Origin: Gemmatimonadota bacterium
Lineage (GTDB): Bacteria > Latescibacterota > UBA2968 > UBA8231
DNA length: 64,000 nt
Assembly (NCBI GenBank): GCA_038153405.1
Contig: JAYOYH010000001.1
Span: forward strand, 160,156 to 224,155
Reading direction: 5' to 3'
This document shows positions 1 through 9,468 of the stretch, one piece after another (positions within the stretch are counted from its first letter, which is position 1; every line of letters begins with the position of its first letter). Below the pieces are notes generated by a model. That model worked only from the letters and a program-made list of their open reading frames with translations, searched no databases and was not told the origin of the DNA. The position numbers and the translations under genes were made by a program.

Positions 1-641
1 CGGTAGAGATTGAGTCGCCAGTCGGTACCGGGAGTTGGGCGCTGACCGCCGGGTATATCGCTGGCCATGGCCGACCACGGAATCGCGATCTCCACGCTCC
101 AGCCCTGATCGACATCGCTGTTGTCGTTGACCGTACCGTAGGTTTGCACCGCCGTTTTTAGCCCTGCTATATCCCATTCGACGGACGAGCGGAACTCGGG
201 TTCCACCGAGTAAATCAGCAGGTCGACGACGGTGTTGGTCGGACTCACTTCCAACTCTAGATAATCGCGGCCATCGCCGTCGGGATCGATAAAGACTTCG
301 ACGACCTCTTCCTCCCATAGGCGATCGTCTTCCCGATCGTATATCGCCCACATATCGCCGTCTACACAGGTAAAGGCGAAGTAAAAGTACTCATCGTCCC
401 ACAGCATTTTGGCGTGCGTCGGCCAATCGACAGCGTCGTAGTCGTTGAGGATGCGCTCGAATTGGTTGATTTGTCCGGCCCGTTCCCAGGCATACTCATC
501 GAGGCGACCGTCGATGGCGATGGGGGATATGGCGCGCTGGACTTGATAATGGGCCACGTGTCCGGATTCCGTCACATAGGTCTGCTCTGCCCATAGACTC
601 GCGGCGGACAGGAGCACTGCGCAGGTGATGTTTGCTAGCAT
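1..641 (-). CDS. Secreted CBM9-like (DOMON-like) carbohydrate-binding protein, 3' end runs off the window
   Basis: Manually translated, not in ORF track: signal-like MLANITCAVLLSAASLWA then IDGRLDEYAW...TxAKMLWDDEYFYFAF...LWEEEVVEVFIDPDGDG...GWSVEIAIPW...WRLNLYR, a CBM9-like signature; AGGA RBS upstream (alternative ATG at 647). Confidence 0.8.
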   Translation of the reverse strand, partial: MLANITCAVLLSAASLWAEQTYVTESGHVAHYQVQRAISPIAIDGRLDEYAWERAGQINQFERILNDYDAVDWPTHAKMLWDDEYFYFAFTCVDGDMWAIYDREDDRLWEEEVVEVFIDPDGDGRDYLELEVSPTNTVVDLLIYSVEPEFRSSVEWDIAGLKTAVQTYGTVNDNSDVDQGWSVEIAIPWSAMASDIPGGQRPTPGTDWRLNLY

Positions 642-818
642 GAGCATCCTTTCGCTAGGGCCGGAAATATAGCGATGGATCGGATGGGTGGGCAAATGGC
701 CGGTGGAATGAGAGGAAAGGATTTCCCTGGCGAAGCGCGCTGCTAACGTGTGATAAAATAATTATAAAACAATAAATAACATGGTTTTAAGGGTTTTATA
801 GGCGGTGTCTCATAGAGG

Positions 819-834
819 TGGCATAGGCCTTGCT
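819..834 (+). promoter_or_regulatory. sigma54 (-24/-12) promoter of the flgF operon
   Basis: TGGCATAGGCCTTGCT, exact GG-N10-GC spacing, AT-rich tract upstream. Confidence 0.85.
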
Positions 835-882
835 CAAAAGGGAGCGGAACTGCATGGAACATTTCACCTACGAGTGCATGAG

Positions 883-1674
883 ATGATAGAGGGACTCTTT
901 ATATCGGCATCGGGTATGTTGCCCAAATCGACGCGCCAGGAGGCGATTGCCAACAATCTGGCAAACTCGGAAGTGCCTGGTTTTAAAAAGGATAACATGT
1001 TTTTGCGCGAGATGCGCGAACAGATGAAGCGCCAATCGGGCGACTATCCGGACTGGCGTATTAACCGCTTTGAAGGCGTGTGGACCGACCACGAACAGGG
1101 CGCTCTGCGCCATACGGGCGATGTCTTTGATATGGCTATAAACGGAAAAGGTTTCTTTGCTGTGCAAACGCCGGAAGGCGTGCAGTATACGCGCAACGGC
1201 AATTTCTCCAAGGACGAACTGGGGCAGCTCGTAACGCCTCTCGGTCATGTGGTGCTGGGCGAGGGCGGGGGACCGATAACGATCCCAGAAAACTACCAGC
1301 GCCCGGAAATCGACGCCTCTGGAACGGTGCGCGTCCGCGATGAGTTACTGGGTGAACAGACGGTTGTTGGCCAGATTCAAATAGTTGATTTTCCTGAGCT
1401 TTACGATAGAAATGCAGCCGCGCAAACGCCCTATCAGACCCCGCTCAAAAAGGGTCGCGACGGGTTGTTTATACCTCATCCGGCCACGCCGCAGGTGACG
1501 GCGGATAACTTCGTAATTTCACAGGGCTTTCTCGAGGAATCCAACGTTGAACCGGTGCTGGAAATGGTCAAGATGATCGATGTCTTCCGCGCCTATGAAT
1601 CGGAACAGCGGGCCATACAGGTGCAGGATTCGACGCTTGAACGCGCGGTAAACGACTTGGGCCGCGTAAGCTAG
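883..1674 (+). CDS. flgF: Flagellar basal-body rod protein FlgF
   Basis: MIEGLFISASGM...ANNLAN..PGFK, YTRNGNF, GFLEESNVEPVLEMVKMI; start moved to ATG 883, downstream of the sigma54 promoter. Confidence 0.85.
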   Translation: MIEGLFISASGMLPKSTRQEAIANNLANSEVPGFKKDNMFLREMREQMKRQSGDYPDWRINRFEGVWTDHEQGALRHTGDVFDMAINGKGFFAVQTPEGVQYTRNGNFSKDELGQLVTPLGHVVLGEGGGPITIPENYQRPEIDASGTVRVRDELLGEQTVVGQIQIVDFPELYDRNAAAQTPYQTPLKKGRDGLFIPHPATPQVTADNFVISQGFLEESNVEPVLEMVKMIDVFRAYESEQRAIQVQDSTLERAVNDLGRVS

Positions 1675-1694
1675 GATAACGGGGAGAACGGACT

Positions 1695-2483
1695 ATGAGC
1701 AGGGCACTTTACACGGCAGCAACGGGCATGATCGCCCAGCAGATGAACGTCGACAATATCGCCAACAACTTGGCCAACGTGAATACCACGGGCTATAAGA
1801 AGAGCAAGATGGAGTTTCAGGATCTGCTCTACCAGCAGCTGCGCTTGGCCGGTGCGACGCAGGCCGAGGGCGCGCAGGTGCCGGTCGAACTGCAGATCGG
1901 CTACGGCACGCGCCCGGTCGCCACGCAGCGCATTTTCTCGCAGGGCACGATCGTGCCGACGGGTAACCCGCTCGACGTATCGATCGACGGCGACGGATTC
2001 TTGCAGGTTACGCTGCCCGACGGCACGACGGCCTACACGCGCGATGGCGCCCTAAAGGTCTCTTCCGATGGCACGATTGTCACTTCGGACGGCTACTCGC
2101 TCGAACCGCAGATCACGCTGCCTCCCGATGCAACTGACGTCAATATATCGTCTAACGGCGAGGTCGCCGTCAAACTGCCGGGCGATGCCGCCTTTCAAAC
2201 CGTGGGCCAGTTCGAACTGGGGCGCTTTATCAACCCGGCCGGTCTCAAGAGCGTCGGCCGCAATCTAATGTTGGAGACGCAGGCCTCGGGCAATCCGATT
2301 ATCGGAGCGCCAGACGAAGGGGGATTTGGAAAGTTATCGCAGCGCTTTCTCGAATTGTCCAACGTGGAAGTGGTCGATGAGATGGTGAGTATGATCGTGG
2401 CGCAGCGCGCTTACGAGATCAACTCGCGTGCCATCCAGACTTCGGAAGAAATGCTGTCCAACGCCAATAACCTGAAGCGCTAG
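1695..2483 (+). CDS. flgG: Flagellar distal rod protein FlgG
   Basis: ALYTAATGMIAQQMNVDNIANNLANVNTTGYKK...FQDLLYQ...YTRDG...QRAYEINSRAIQTSEEML. Confidence 0.97.
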   Translation: MSRALYTAATGMIAQQMNVDNIANNLANVNTTGYKKSKMEFQDLLYQQLRLAGATQAEGAQVPVELQIGYGTRPVATQRIFSQGTIVPTGNPLDVSIDGDGFLQVTLPDGTTAYTRDGALKVSSDGTIVTSDGYSLEPQITLPPDATDVNISSNGEVAVKLPGDAAFQTVGQFELGRFINPAGLKSVGRNLMLETQASGNPIIGAPDEGGFGKLSQRFLELSNVEVVDEMVSMIVAQRAYEINSRAIQTSEEMLSNANNLKR

Positions 2484-2510
2484 TAGCGGGCGAAGAAAGG
2501 TAGGGAAACC

Positions 2511-3221
2511 ATGAAATCGCTTATCGCATTTATCGCAATCGCCCTCGCATGGGCAACGGCCGTTCGCGCCGAGACCACGATTGGTCCCGAGGAAATACAG
2601 CGCGCTGTGGAAAGTTTTGTGATGGCGCAGGTCAAAGCCGAAGTGCCGGAAGATACGCGCGTCGTGATCGACGTGCGCTGGCAAAGGGAACTACAGTTGT
2701 CCGGCCAAGGAACGGCGCAGATTCGCGTGCGCCGCACGTCGTCGCGGCCGCTGCGCGGTCCGAGCGTCATGCGCGTCGGCATCGACGTCGACGGCCAAAC
2801 GCAGCACACCATGAGCGTGACGGCCGACGTGCGCATCTGGCGACCGGTCGTCGTGGCCAGCCACATGCTGCAGCGCGGCGAGGTCATTGGCGCTGCGAGC
2901 TGCGAAGTGGCCGAGCGCGACGTTACGCAGGTGCGTGGACAGTACTACGCTGATGCGCTCGCGCTGCAGGGGATGCGCGCCCGCAGGACGGTAGGTATTG
3001 GCGATATCGTAACGGACAACCACGTGGAAAAGATGCCGGTCGTGCGGCGCGGCGACGCCATCGTGCTGGTGGCGCGTGTCGGAAGCATGAGCATGTCGGC
3101 CTCGGGCGAAGCGCTGCAGGACGGCGGTATTGGCGACCGCATTCGCGTCAAAAACAGCGATTCGGGAAAAACTGTCTATGGGCACGTCCTTGAGGGCGGC
3201 GCCATACGGGTGGGGCTATGA
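2511..3221 (+). CDS. flgA: P-ring formation chaperone FlgA
   Basis: Signal peptide, SAF-like domain, C-terminal GEALQDGGIGDRIRVKNSDSGK; position after flgG. Confidence 0.93.
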   Translation: MKSLIAFIAIALAWATAVRAETTIGPEEIQRAVESFVMAQVKAEVPEDTRVVIDVRWQRELQLSGQGTAQIRVRRTSSRPLRGPSVMRVGIDVDGQTQHTMSVTADVRIWRPVVVASHMLQRGEVIGAASCEVAERDVTQVRGQYYADALALQGMRARRTVGIGDIVTDNHVEKMPVVRRGDAIVLVARVGSMSMSASGEALQDGGIGDRIRVKNSDSGKTVYGHVLEGGAIRVGL

Positions 3222-3805
3222 TCTTCTGCGCAACGCGCTGGAAGTGGGCCCTGCTGACGGCTTGTATTGCACTCGTGCCGCAGCTGGCTTCGGCTCAATT
3301 TCGCTCGCTCTACTCCGACCCCAAGGCCAATCGCATTGGCGATGCGCTAACGGTCATAATCCAGGAAAATGCCACGGCTAGCAACCAGGCGTCGACGGCT
3401 ACGGGTAAGAGCAATAGCGCATCGGTCGGCAGCGCGGTGCCGGGGGCTGGCAACTTACTCGACTTTATTCCCCTGCACTCGTTTGACAGCAACTACAGCA
3501 ACGACTATCAGGGACAGGCCTCGACCTCGCGCAGCGCGCGTTTAACTGCGCGTATGACGGTAACCGTTATGGCGATAAAGCCCAATGGTGACCTAATCGT
3601 CGAGGGCGTGCGCACGCTGAAGATCAACGGGGAGACGGAGGCCATTTATCTGAACGGTTCGGTCAGTCCGCCGATGGTGCGCCGCGACAATACCGTGCTG
3701 TCGTCGAGCATCGCAGATTTGCAGATCGAATACACGGGTAAGGGCACCATCACGCAGGGAACGCGCCCGGGCCTATTGGCGCGCTTTATCAACTGGATTT
3801 TCTGA
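3218..3805 (+). CDS. flgH: Flagellar L-ring protein FlgH (short type)
   Basis: SLYSDPKANRIGDALTVII.E...PNGDLIVEG...NTVLSSSIAD..IEYTGKG. Confidence 0.93.
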   Translation: MIFCATRWKWALLTACIALVPQLASAQFRSLYSDPKANRIGDALTVIIQENATASNQASTATGKSNSASVGSAVPGAGNLLDFIPLHSFDSNYSNDYQGQASTSRSARLTARMTVTVMAIKPNGDLIVEGVRTLKINGETEAIYLNGSVSPPMVRRDNTVLSSSIADLQIEYTGKGTITQGTRPGLLARFINWIF

Positions 3806-3824
3806 TATGCAGGGGCGTAGGGTA

Positions 3825-4925
3825 ATGGATATGTGGAAGGGGGTATGGGTAGTCGCGGCCTTGTTGGGTTTCTGTGCACCCAGCAGCGCTGCGCCGGCCG
3901 TGCGCATTAAGGACTTGGCTACGGTGCAAATGGGCCAAGAAGTGCCGCTGACCGGGATTGGCTTGGTCATCGGTCTCGAGGGCACGGGCGATGGGCGGCG
4001 TTCGGAGTTTACCTTTCAGATGCTGGCCAATATGATGCACCACATGAAAATAGCCGTCACCCCTGAACAGGTGCGCGTGCGCAACGTCGCCAGCGTAAGC
4101 GTGTCGGCGACGCTGTCGCCGTTCGATCGAAAAGGCAGCCGCATCGATGTGCAGATAGCTTCGATGGGCGATGCCTCGTCGCTGCAGGGGGGCCGATTAT
4201 TGCAGTCGCTGTTGGTCGGGCCCGATGGCACGGCCTACGTGACGGCTCAAGGATCTATTTCAATTGGTGGGTTTAATCTGGGCGGCGGCGGCGCTGGGTC
4301 GGTGCGCAAAAACCACACCGTGGTTGGCAGTGTGCCCAGCGGCGGCATCGTCATTGAGGAAACGGAAAAGCTGGAAGAGCTGCAGAAAGAACTCACGCTG
4401 ATGCTCTACCAGTCTGACTGGACTACGGCGGCACGCATGTCTTACGCGATAAACGAGCACTTCGGCGAAATGGATCTGGCGCGGGCTGTCGATCCGGCAA
4501 CCATTGTGATGGCGCTGGATCCGCTGCGCAGCAGTCCGCAGGATATGGTCGATTTCGTCGCCGAATTGGAGCGGATTTCCGTCGTGCCCGACCTGCCGGC
4601 GAGGGTGGTCGTAAACGAGCGCACGGGCACGGTAATCATCGGTGAAAACGTGTCGGTCTCTGCCGTGGCGCTCTCACACGGAAGCTTAAAGCTGAAGATC
4701 CCCGGCGATGGCGGCGGCGATGCCTTCGGCGGAGAAGCCGAAGTCATTGAGGAGCCGGATCGGCTGCATCCCATCATCAGTTCATTTGACGTGGGGGCCA
4801 TGCCGACGGTGCGCGAATTGGTGCGCAATCTAAATGCGCTCGGGGTAACGCCGCGCGATTTAATTTCGATCTTGCAGTCGCTAAAGGCGGCTGGCGCGCT
4901 GCGCGCTGAACTGGTCATTCAATAG
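3825..4925 (+). CDS. flgI: Flagellar P-ring protein FlgI
   Basis: RIKDLA, GIGLVIGLEGTGD, GDASSLQGG, ARVVVNERTGTVIIG, DLISILQSLKAAGALRAEL; start could also be 3807 or 3831. Confidence 0.96.
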   Translation: MDMWKGVWVVAALLGFCAPSSAAPAVRIKDLATVQMGQEVPLTGIGLVIGLEGTGDGRRSEFTFQMLANMMHHMKIAVTPEQVRVRNVASVSVSATLSPFDRKGSRIDVQIASMGDASSLQGGRLLQSLLVGPDGTAYVTAQGSISIGGFNLGGGGAGSVRKNHTVVGSVPSGGIVIEETEKLEELQKELTLMLYQSDWTTAARMSYAINEHFGEMDLARAVDPATIVMALDPLRSSPQDMVDFVAELERISVVPDLPARVVVNERTGTVIIGENVSVSAVALSHGSLKLKIPGDGGGDAFGGEAEVIEEPDRLHPIISSFDVGAMPTVRELVRNLNALGVTPRDLISILQSLKAAGALRAELVIQ

Positions 4926-4943
4926 CCAAGGCTGGGAGTTGCA

Positions 4944-5402
4944 ATGGATATCAACAACACGCTTAAGATGCCACTGTCGCTGCAGGGGGCCGATGTTAAA
5001 GGCGCCAGCGATAAGCTGGATATTCGCGCGCTGACGGGAAAGGTGCACGGCAGTGTCGAAGAGCGTCGCACTGCCCTGCGCCAGGCGTCGCGCCAGTTCG
5101 AGGCCGTTTTTATCAATCAGATGATATCGGCCATGCGCAAGACGGTGGGCGATGGAGGATTGATCGAGAAGAGCAATGGCCAGGACATCTTCGAGGGCAT
5201 GCTCGACGAGGAGTGGAGCAAGAAATTGGCGAATAAAGCCGGTCCCAATAGCCTGAGTGAAATTCTCTACCGACAGCTGAGTGCCCGCCTGGGTTTGGAT
5301 GAAGAAGCCGGCCTAGGCCAAGCGCCCGAGAAGGTGCAGCTCAACGAGTTTAGGGGAGCGCTGCCCACGCAATTACAGCGCCAGCAGGTGCGCGATGAAT
5401 GA
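4944..5402 (+). CDS. flgJ: FlgJ, rod-binding domain only (no muramidase domain)
   Basis: LRQASRQFEAVFINQMISAMRKTV...IFEGMLDEEWSKKLA...LYRQL; 152 aa. Confidence 0.88.
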   Translation: MDINNTLKMPLSLQGADVKGASDKLDIRALTGKVHGSVEERRTALRQASRQFEAVFINQMISAMRKTVGDGGLIEKSNGQDIFEGMLDEEWSKKLANKAGPNSLSEILYRQLSARLGLDEEAGLGQAPEKVQLNEFRGALPTQLQRQQVRDE

Positions 5403-5901
5403 GCAGCTGATAGCGGAACTGACCGCTGTAATAAACGATGAAGTGCGTGCATTCCACCGCCTACTAGAAGCTCTGCGCGAAGAGCAGCGCGCTATCGTAG
5501 AGGACGATATCGAGGCGATTGAGCAGTGTATTGCCATACAGAGCGAGGTGGCCGTAGCCGCACACCAGCTCGAAGGACGCCGGGTGCGCGTGGTGCAGCA
5601 ACTGGCCGAGCAACTCGATATGGATGCCGAAAACATCAGCCTGAGTCGCTTGGTAGAGGCGCTGGAAGATCCGCGCGCCGAAGAGCTGACGCAGATGCGC
5701 GAAAAACTGCTCGAGCTCAACGGAAAGATTCGCACTACGAGTGCCAACAACGCCTTTTTAATTCGCCAGTCGCTGCGCTATACAGAGCGCTGTCTCGACA
5801 TACTAACGGGACAGAGCGCCTTGCAGCGCGGCGTCTACGGCCAGTTTGGCAAGGTGCGCCGTGACTCGGGTGCGCGCTCCTTTCTGAACCAAACGGCGTA
5901 G
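5395..5901 (+). CDS. flgN: Flagellar export chaperone FlgN
   Basis: Helical 168-aa protein directly before flgK; N..LIRQSL...Y...G motif. Confidence 0.82.
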   Translation: MNEQLIAELTAVINDEVRAFHRLLEALREEQRAIVEDDIEAIEQCIAIQSEVAVAAHQLEGRRVRVVQQLAEQLDMDAENISLSRLVEALEDPRAEELTQMREKLLELNGKIRTTSANNAFLIRQSLRYTERCLDILTGQSALQRGVYGQFGKVRRDSGARSFLNQTA

Positions 5902-5913
5902 GAGAGGTTAGAG

Positions 5914-7338
5914 ATGCCCGTCAACTCCCCAGCTCAGCACGGACTCGAGATCGGTCGCCGCGCCCTGCAGGCGCAGCAGGCCGCCCTCAACGTGACGGGC
6001 CACAATATCGCCAACGCCAACACGCCGGGTTTTTCGCGTCGTCAGATCAGCCTTGAGAACGCCATCTCCAGGGTTAATAATGGTATTGGCAGCGGGGCCG
6101 ACGTCGCGCAAATACAGCGCCAGCGCAACAGCTTTGACGATGCGCAGATGCGCGTGCAGCAGCAGTTATTGGGTCGCTGGGAGTCGCTAGAGCGGGCGCT
6201 GGGCAGCATAGAAGCCATTTTCAACGAGCCGGCCGGCGCCGGTTCTAGCGAGGCGGGAACGATCTTTAACGAGCCTTCGGGCATGGGATTGAGCGGTTCG
6301 CTAAGTCGTTTTTGGAACGCCTGGCAGGATCTGGCCAACGTACCCGAAAGCGGGGCGGCGCGCGCCGCCGTGCGCCAGGAAGCCGATTTTCTGGTTACGA
6401 CACTGCATCAATACAACGCCAAACTCAGCGAAACGCGCACCGAGTTGGACGAGCAAGTGGTGTGGGAAGTAGAGGATATAAACGAAATCTTGGACCAGCT
6501 GGGCGATATCAATGCCGCGCTGCCGGCTGCCGGATTTAGTGGGGGCGACGACGGCGACCTGAAAGACCGGCGCGACCTTCTATTAGACGAATTGTCGAAT
6601 AAGATTGACATCTCTATAACGGAGCGGGCAAACGGTCAAATCTCCGTCATGCTGTCCGGTCACAATCTGGTCGACGGCGACAGCGTTTCGCACCTGCGGG
6701 TGCGCCAGGTGTCCCAGGACGGTCGGCCGATCAGTCAGATCGTATACGAGGACGATGGGGGGGTAGCGCCCATCAGCGAGGGGCGCTTGCTTGGCTTGGT
6801 CGCCGTGCGCGATGAGATCGTTCCCGATCTGCTGGATCGCCTCGACCAAATGGCGGTGGGACTGGTCGAGCGCATCAATAGCTTGCATCGCACGGGATTT
6901 GGGTTGGACGGCAGCACGGGGAATAACTTCTTCGATCCAGAGAGCACGACAGCCAGCAATATTGCCATCGATCGGGCCGTTCTAGAAGACCTCGATAATA
7001 TCGCCGCCTCTGCCGACGGCAATTCGGGGGACAACGGCTTGGCGCTGGCCGTCAGCGCCGTGCGCAACGAGGGCATTCTCGAAGACGGCACGCAGACGAT
7101 GGACGGCTTTTACAACGAGATGCTCGGCGAGATCGGCGCGCGCAGCCGCGAGGCGCAGACCATGGCCGGAAACAACCGCCTGTTTGCCCAGCAGATAGAA
7201 AATCGCCGCCAGAGCGTGCAGGGCGTATCGCTCAACGATGAAGCCTCACAGCTAGTGCTTTTTCAGCGCGCCTACCAGGCCGCGGCCCGGGCCGTTTCTA
7301 TCATAGACGATCTGATGGAAGTAACCATAAACATTTAG
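5914..7338 (+). CDS. flgK: Hook-associated protein 1 FlgK
   Basis: LNVTGHNIANANTPGFSRRQ; C-terminal RQSVQGVSLNDEASQLVLFQRAYQAAAR. Confidence 0.96.
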   Translation: MPVNSPAQHGLEIGRRALQAQQAALNVTGHNIANANTPGFSRRQISLENAISRVNNGIGSGADVAQIQRQRNSFDDAQMRVQQQLLGRWESLERALGSIEAIFNEPAGAGSSEAGTIFNEPSGMGLSGSLSRFWNAWQDLANVPESGAARAAVRQEADFLVTTLHQYNAKLSETRTELDEQVVWEVEDINEILDQLGDINAALPAAGFSGGDDGDLKDRRDLLLDELSNKIDISITERANGQISVMLSGHNLVDGDSVSHLRVRQVSQDGRPISQIVYEDDGGVAPISEGRLLGLVAVRDEIVPDLLDRLDQMAVGLVERINSLHRTGFGLDGSTGNNFFDPESTTASNIAIDRAVLEDLDNIAASADGNSGDNGLALAVSAVRNEGILEDGTQTMDGFYNEMLGEIGARSREAQTMAGNNRLFAQQIENRRQSVQGVSLNDEASQLVLFQRAYQAAARAVSIIDDLMEVTINI

Positions 7339-7417
7339 GTAAGCGGCCGTGCATAAAGCAAATGGACATATTTTAACGACCCCCCTATATTTGGGGCGTC
7401 TCCCGTAGGAGATCGAT

Positions 7418-8527
7418 ATGCGCGTCACGACTAAAATGGCCGTAGGCACGCTGGTGAGCAATTTAGATCGCTCGTATGAGCGGATTACGCGCTTCCAGTC
7501 GCAGCTGTCATCGGGCACGCGGATCAACCGTCTTTCCGATGATCCGGCAGCGGTCGAACGCTCGCTTGCGCTGCGCTCGGAGCTGCGCAATCTCGAGCAA
7601 TTTCAAAAGAATCTCGGCGACGGCACGGGGTGGTTGGAACTGAGCGAAGCGACGCTCAACGAGATGGAGACGCTCTTCGTCGAAGTGCGCGGGCTGGCGG
7701 TGCAGGGGGCGACGAGCACCTACAACGCGTCGCAGCGCAACGCCATTGCCGATCAGGTTGATCAGTTTCTCGAGCATACTCTGAGCTTGAGCGAGGCGCG
7801 CTACAGGGGACGCTATGTTTTCTCCGGCACCCAGACGGGAGCCGAGCCCTACCGGGCTCAACGCGATGGCAACGGCAATATTGTCGCCGTCGCGCCGCGT
7901 TCCGATACCGGCGGATCGATCGAACGCGAAGTGAGTGACGGCATCGTGATGCAGGTCAACGTTCCGGGAAAGGACGTGTTTGAGGATCCGAGCGATGTGC
8001 GCGTCTCCATAAACTCGCTGGTCGAAGGACTAGACCGCGGGGAGACGCAGCGCCTCGAAGAACTCTTTGGAGGTAGCGCGCACCTGGATCCCGGCGCGGT
8101 GCGCGCAGTGCTGGACGACGCGGAACTCGACCCGCCGCTGAGCCCTGATCTGCGCGCAGTACTCGAGGGCGGTTTGAGCGACCTCGAAGCGCGGAAAACC
8201 AACCCTTTTTCCGTGCTGATTGAGCTGCGTGATGCGCTGCGCAGCAACGATTCTGAGGGCGTGCGCGGCACGCTGGACAAGCTCGCTAATGTGCGCGAGC
8301 ACATCTCCTCCGTGCGCGGCCTGATCGGCGCGCGCGTAAATCGCATGCAGACCACGCAGAACGTGCTCGATCGCATTGCGGTGGAAATGACATCTGTGCT
8401 GTCGGCTGATGAGGACGTAGACTTGTCGGCCACGATTGTAAACCTGACGCAGGAGCAGGATGTATTCCAAGCCGCTCTAGCCTCGGGCAATACCGTCATT
8501 CCTCAGTCGCTGATGGATTTTATCTAA
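7418..8527 (+). CDS. flgL: Hook-associated protein 3 FlgL
   Basis: MRVT..QLSSGTRINRLSDDPAA; GRYVFSGTQT; C-terminal PQSLMDFI. Confidence 0.95.
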   Translation: MRVTTKMAVGTLVSNLDRSYERITRFQSQLSSGTRINRLSDDPAAVERSLALRSELRNLEQFQKNLGDGTGWLELSEATLNEMETLFVEVRGLAVQGATSTYNASQRNAIADQVDQFLEHTLSLSEARYRGRYVFSGTQTGAEPYRAQRDGNGNIVAVAPRSDTGGSIEREVSDGIVMQVNVPGKDVFEDPSDVRVSINSLVEGLDRGETQRLEELFGGSAHLDPGAVRAVLDDAELDPPLSPDLRAVLEGGLSDLEARKTNPFSVLIELRDALRSNDSEGVRGTLDKLANVREHISSVRGLIGARVNRMQTTQNVLDRIAVEMTSVLSADEDVDLSATIVNLTQEQDVFQAALASGNTVIPQSLMDFI

Positions 8528-8614
8528 TGATCTCCCCCCGGGCGTCCTCCTCGCGTCCGCTTCACACCGGTTTATGAGCGGCATGGGCCGTTTGAAATCC
8601 GTGTTTCGCGGGAT

Positions 8615-9082
8615 ATGGCAAAAATGAGCGAAGCTGAAGTACAAACCGTCACATTTCACAACGCCAAATTTGGTGAAGTGACCGTCGACAGCCGGGACCT
8701 GCTGGAGTTTCCATACGGGTTACCTGGATTTGAGCGATTCAAGCAATACGGCCTTATCGAAGTCGAAGAGGAAGCGCCCTTTTTACGCCTCCTATCGCTG
8801 GATGAGCCCCGTCTTGGTTTTGTCATCTTGAATCCGGTGCTCATCTGGCCCGACTACAATCCGGATATAGGCCGGGAAGATCTAGAGGGATTGGGCATTG
8901 AAAAAGTGGAGCAACTGGCCATTTACTGCATCATCACGCTGAGCGATATTCCGCAGAACGTGACGGCCAATCTGCGGGGCCCCATCTGCATCAATACGGA
9001 TACGATGAAGGCCAAGCAGATGATTCTGGTAGACGAGCGCTACCAGACCAAACATTCGATTATGGGATCGCAAGCGGGATAA
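8615..9082 (+). CDS. fliW: Flagellar assembly factor / CsrA antagonist FliW
   Basis: FPYGLPGFE, FVILNP..WPDY, TANLRGPICIN...KQMIL..Y..KH. Confidence 0.94.
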   Translation: MAKMSEAEVQTVTFHNAKFGEVTVDSRDLLEFPYGLPGFERFKQYGLIEVEEEAPFLRLLSLDEPRLGFVILNPVLIWPDYNPDIGREDLEGLGIEKVEQLAIYCIITLSDIPQNVTANLRGPICINTDTMKAKQMILVDERYQTKHSIMGSQAG

Positions 9083-9143
9083 TTAAGAATTGAGATGTAG
9101 GGACGTCCCGTAGGGACGCCCGTTGCCATCAGGGAAGATTGTC

Positions 9144-9374
9144 ATGCTCGTATTAACGAGAAAAGCCGGGGAAAGCATCGTCATCGGCAGCGATATACGC
9201 GTCACCGTGTTAGAGATGCAGGGGCGGCAGATCCGCATCGGTATCGAGGCGCCGTCTGACGTGTCGGTGCACCGCGGGGAAGTGTACGAACGCATACGCG
9301 AAGAGAACGAACTGGCGGCTAATGCCGATCAACAGCAGCTCAAGTCGCTGAGTCAGGCGTTTAAGTCCCGCTGA
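9144..9374 (+). CDS. csrA: Carbon storage regulator CsrA (long C-terminus, FliW-type)
   Basis: [23 protein letters not shown]...[27 protein letters not shown]. Confidence 0.97.
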   Translation: MLVLTRKAGESIVIGSDIRVTVLEMQGRQIRIGIEAPSDVSVHRGEVYERIREENELAANADQQQLKSLSQAFKSR

Positions 9375-9468
9375 GGATACCGGGTGCGCGGAATGGGAGA
9401 CACGGAAGGGCCTCGCGCGCCGCATCCCGATACGGCAGAAAACGGCCGTGGAGGCAGAAATTACGCAG

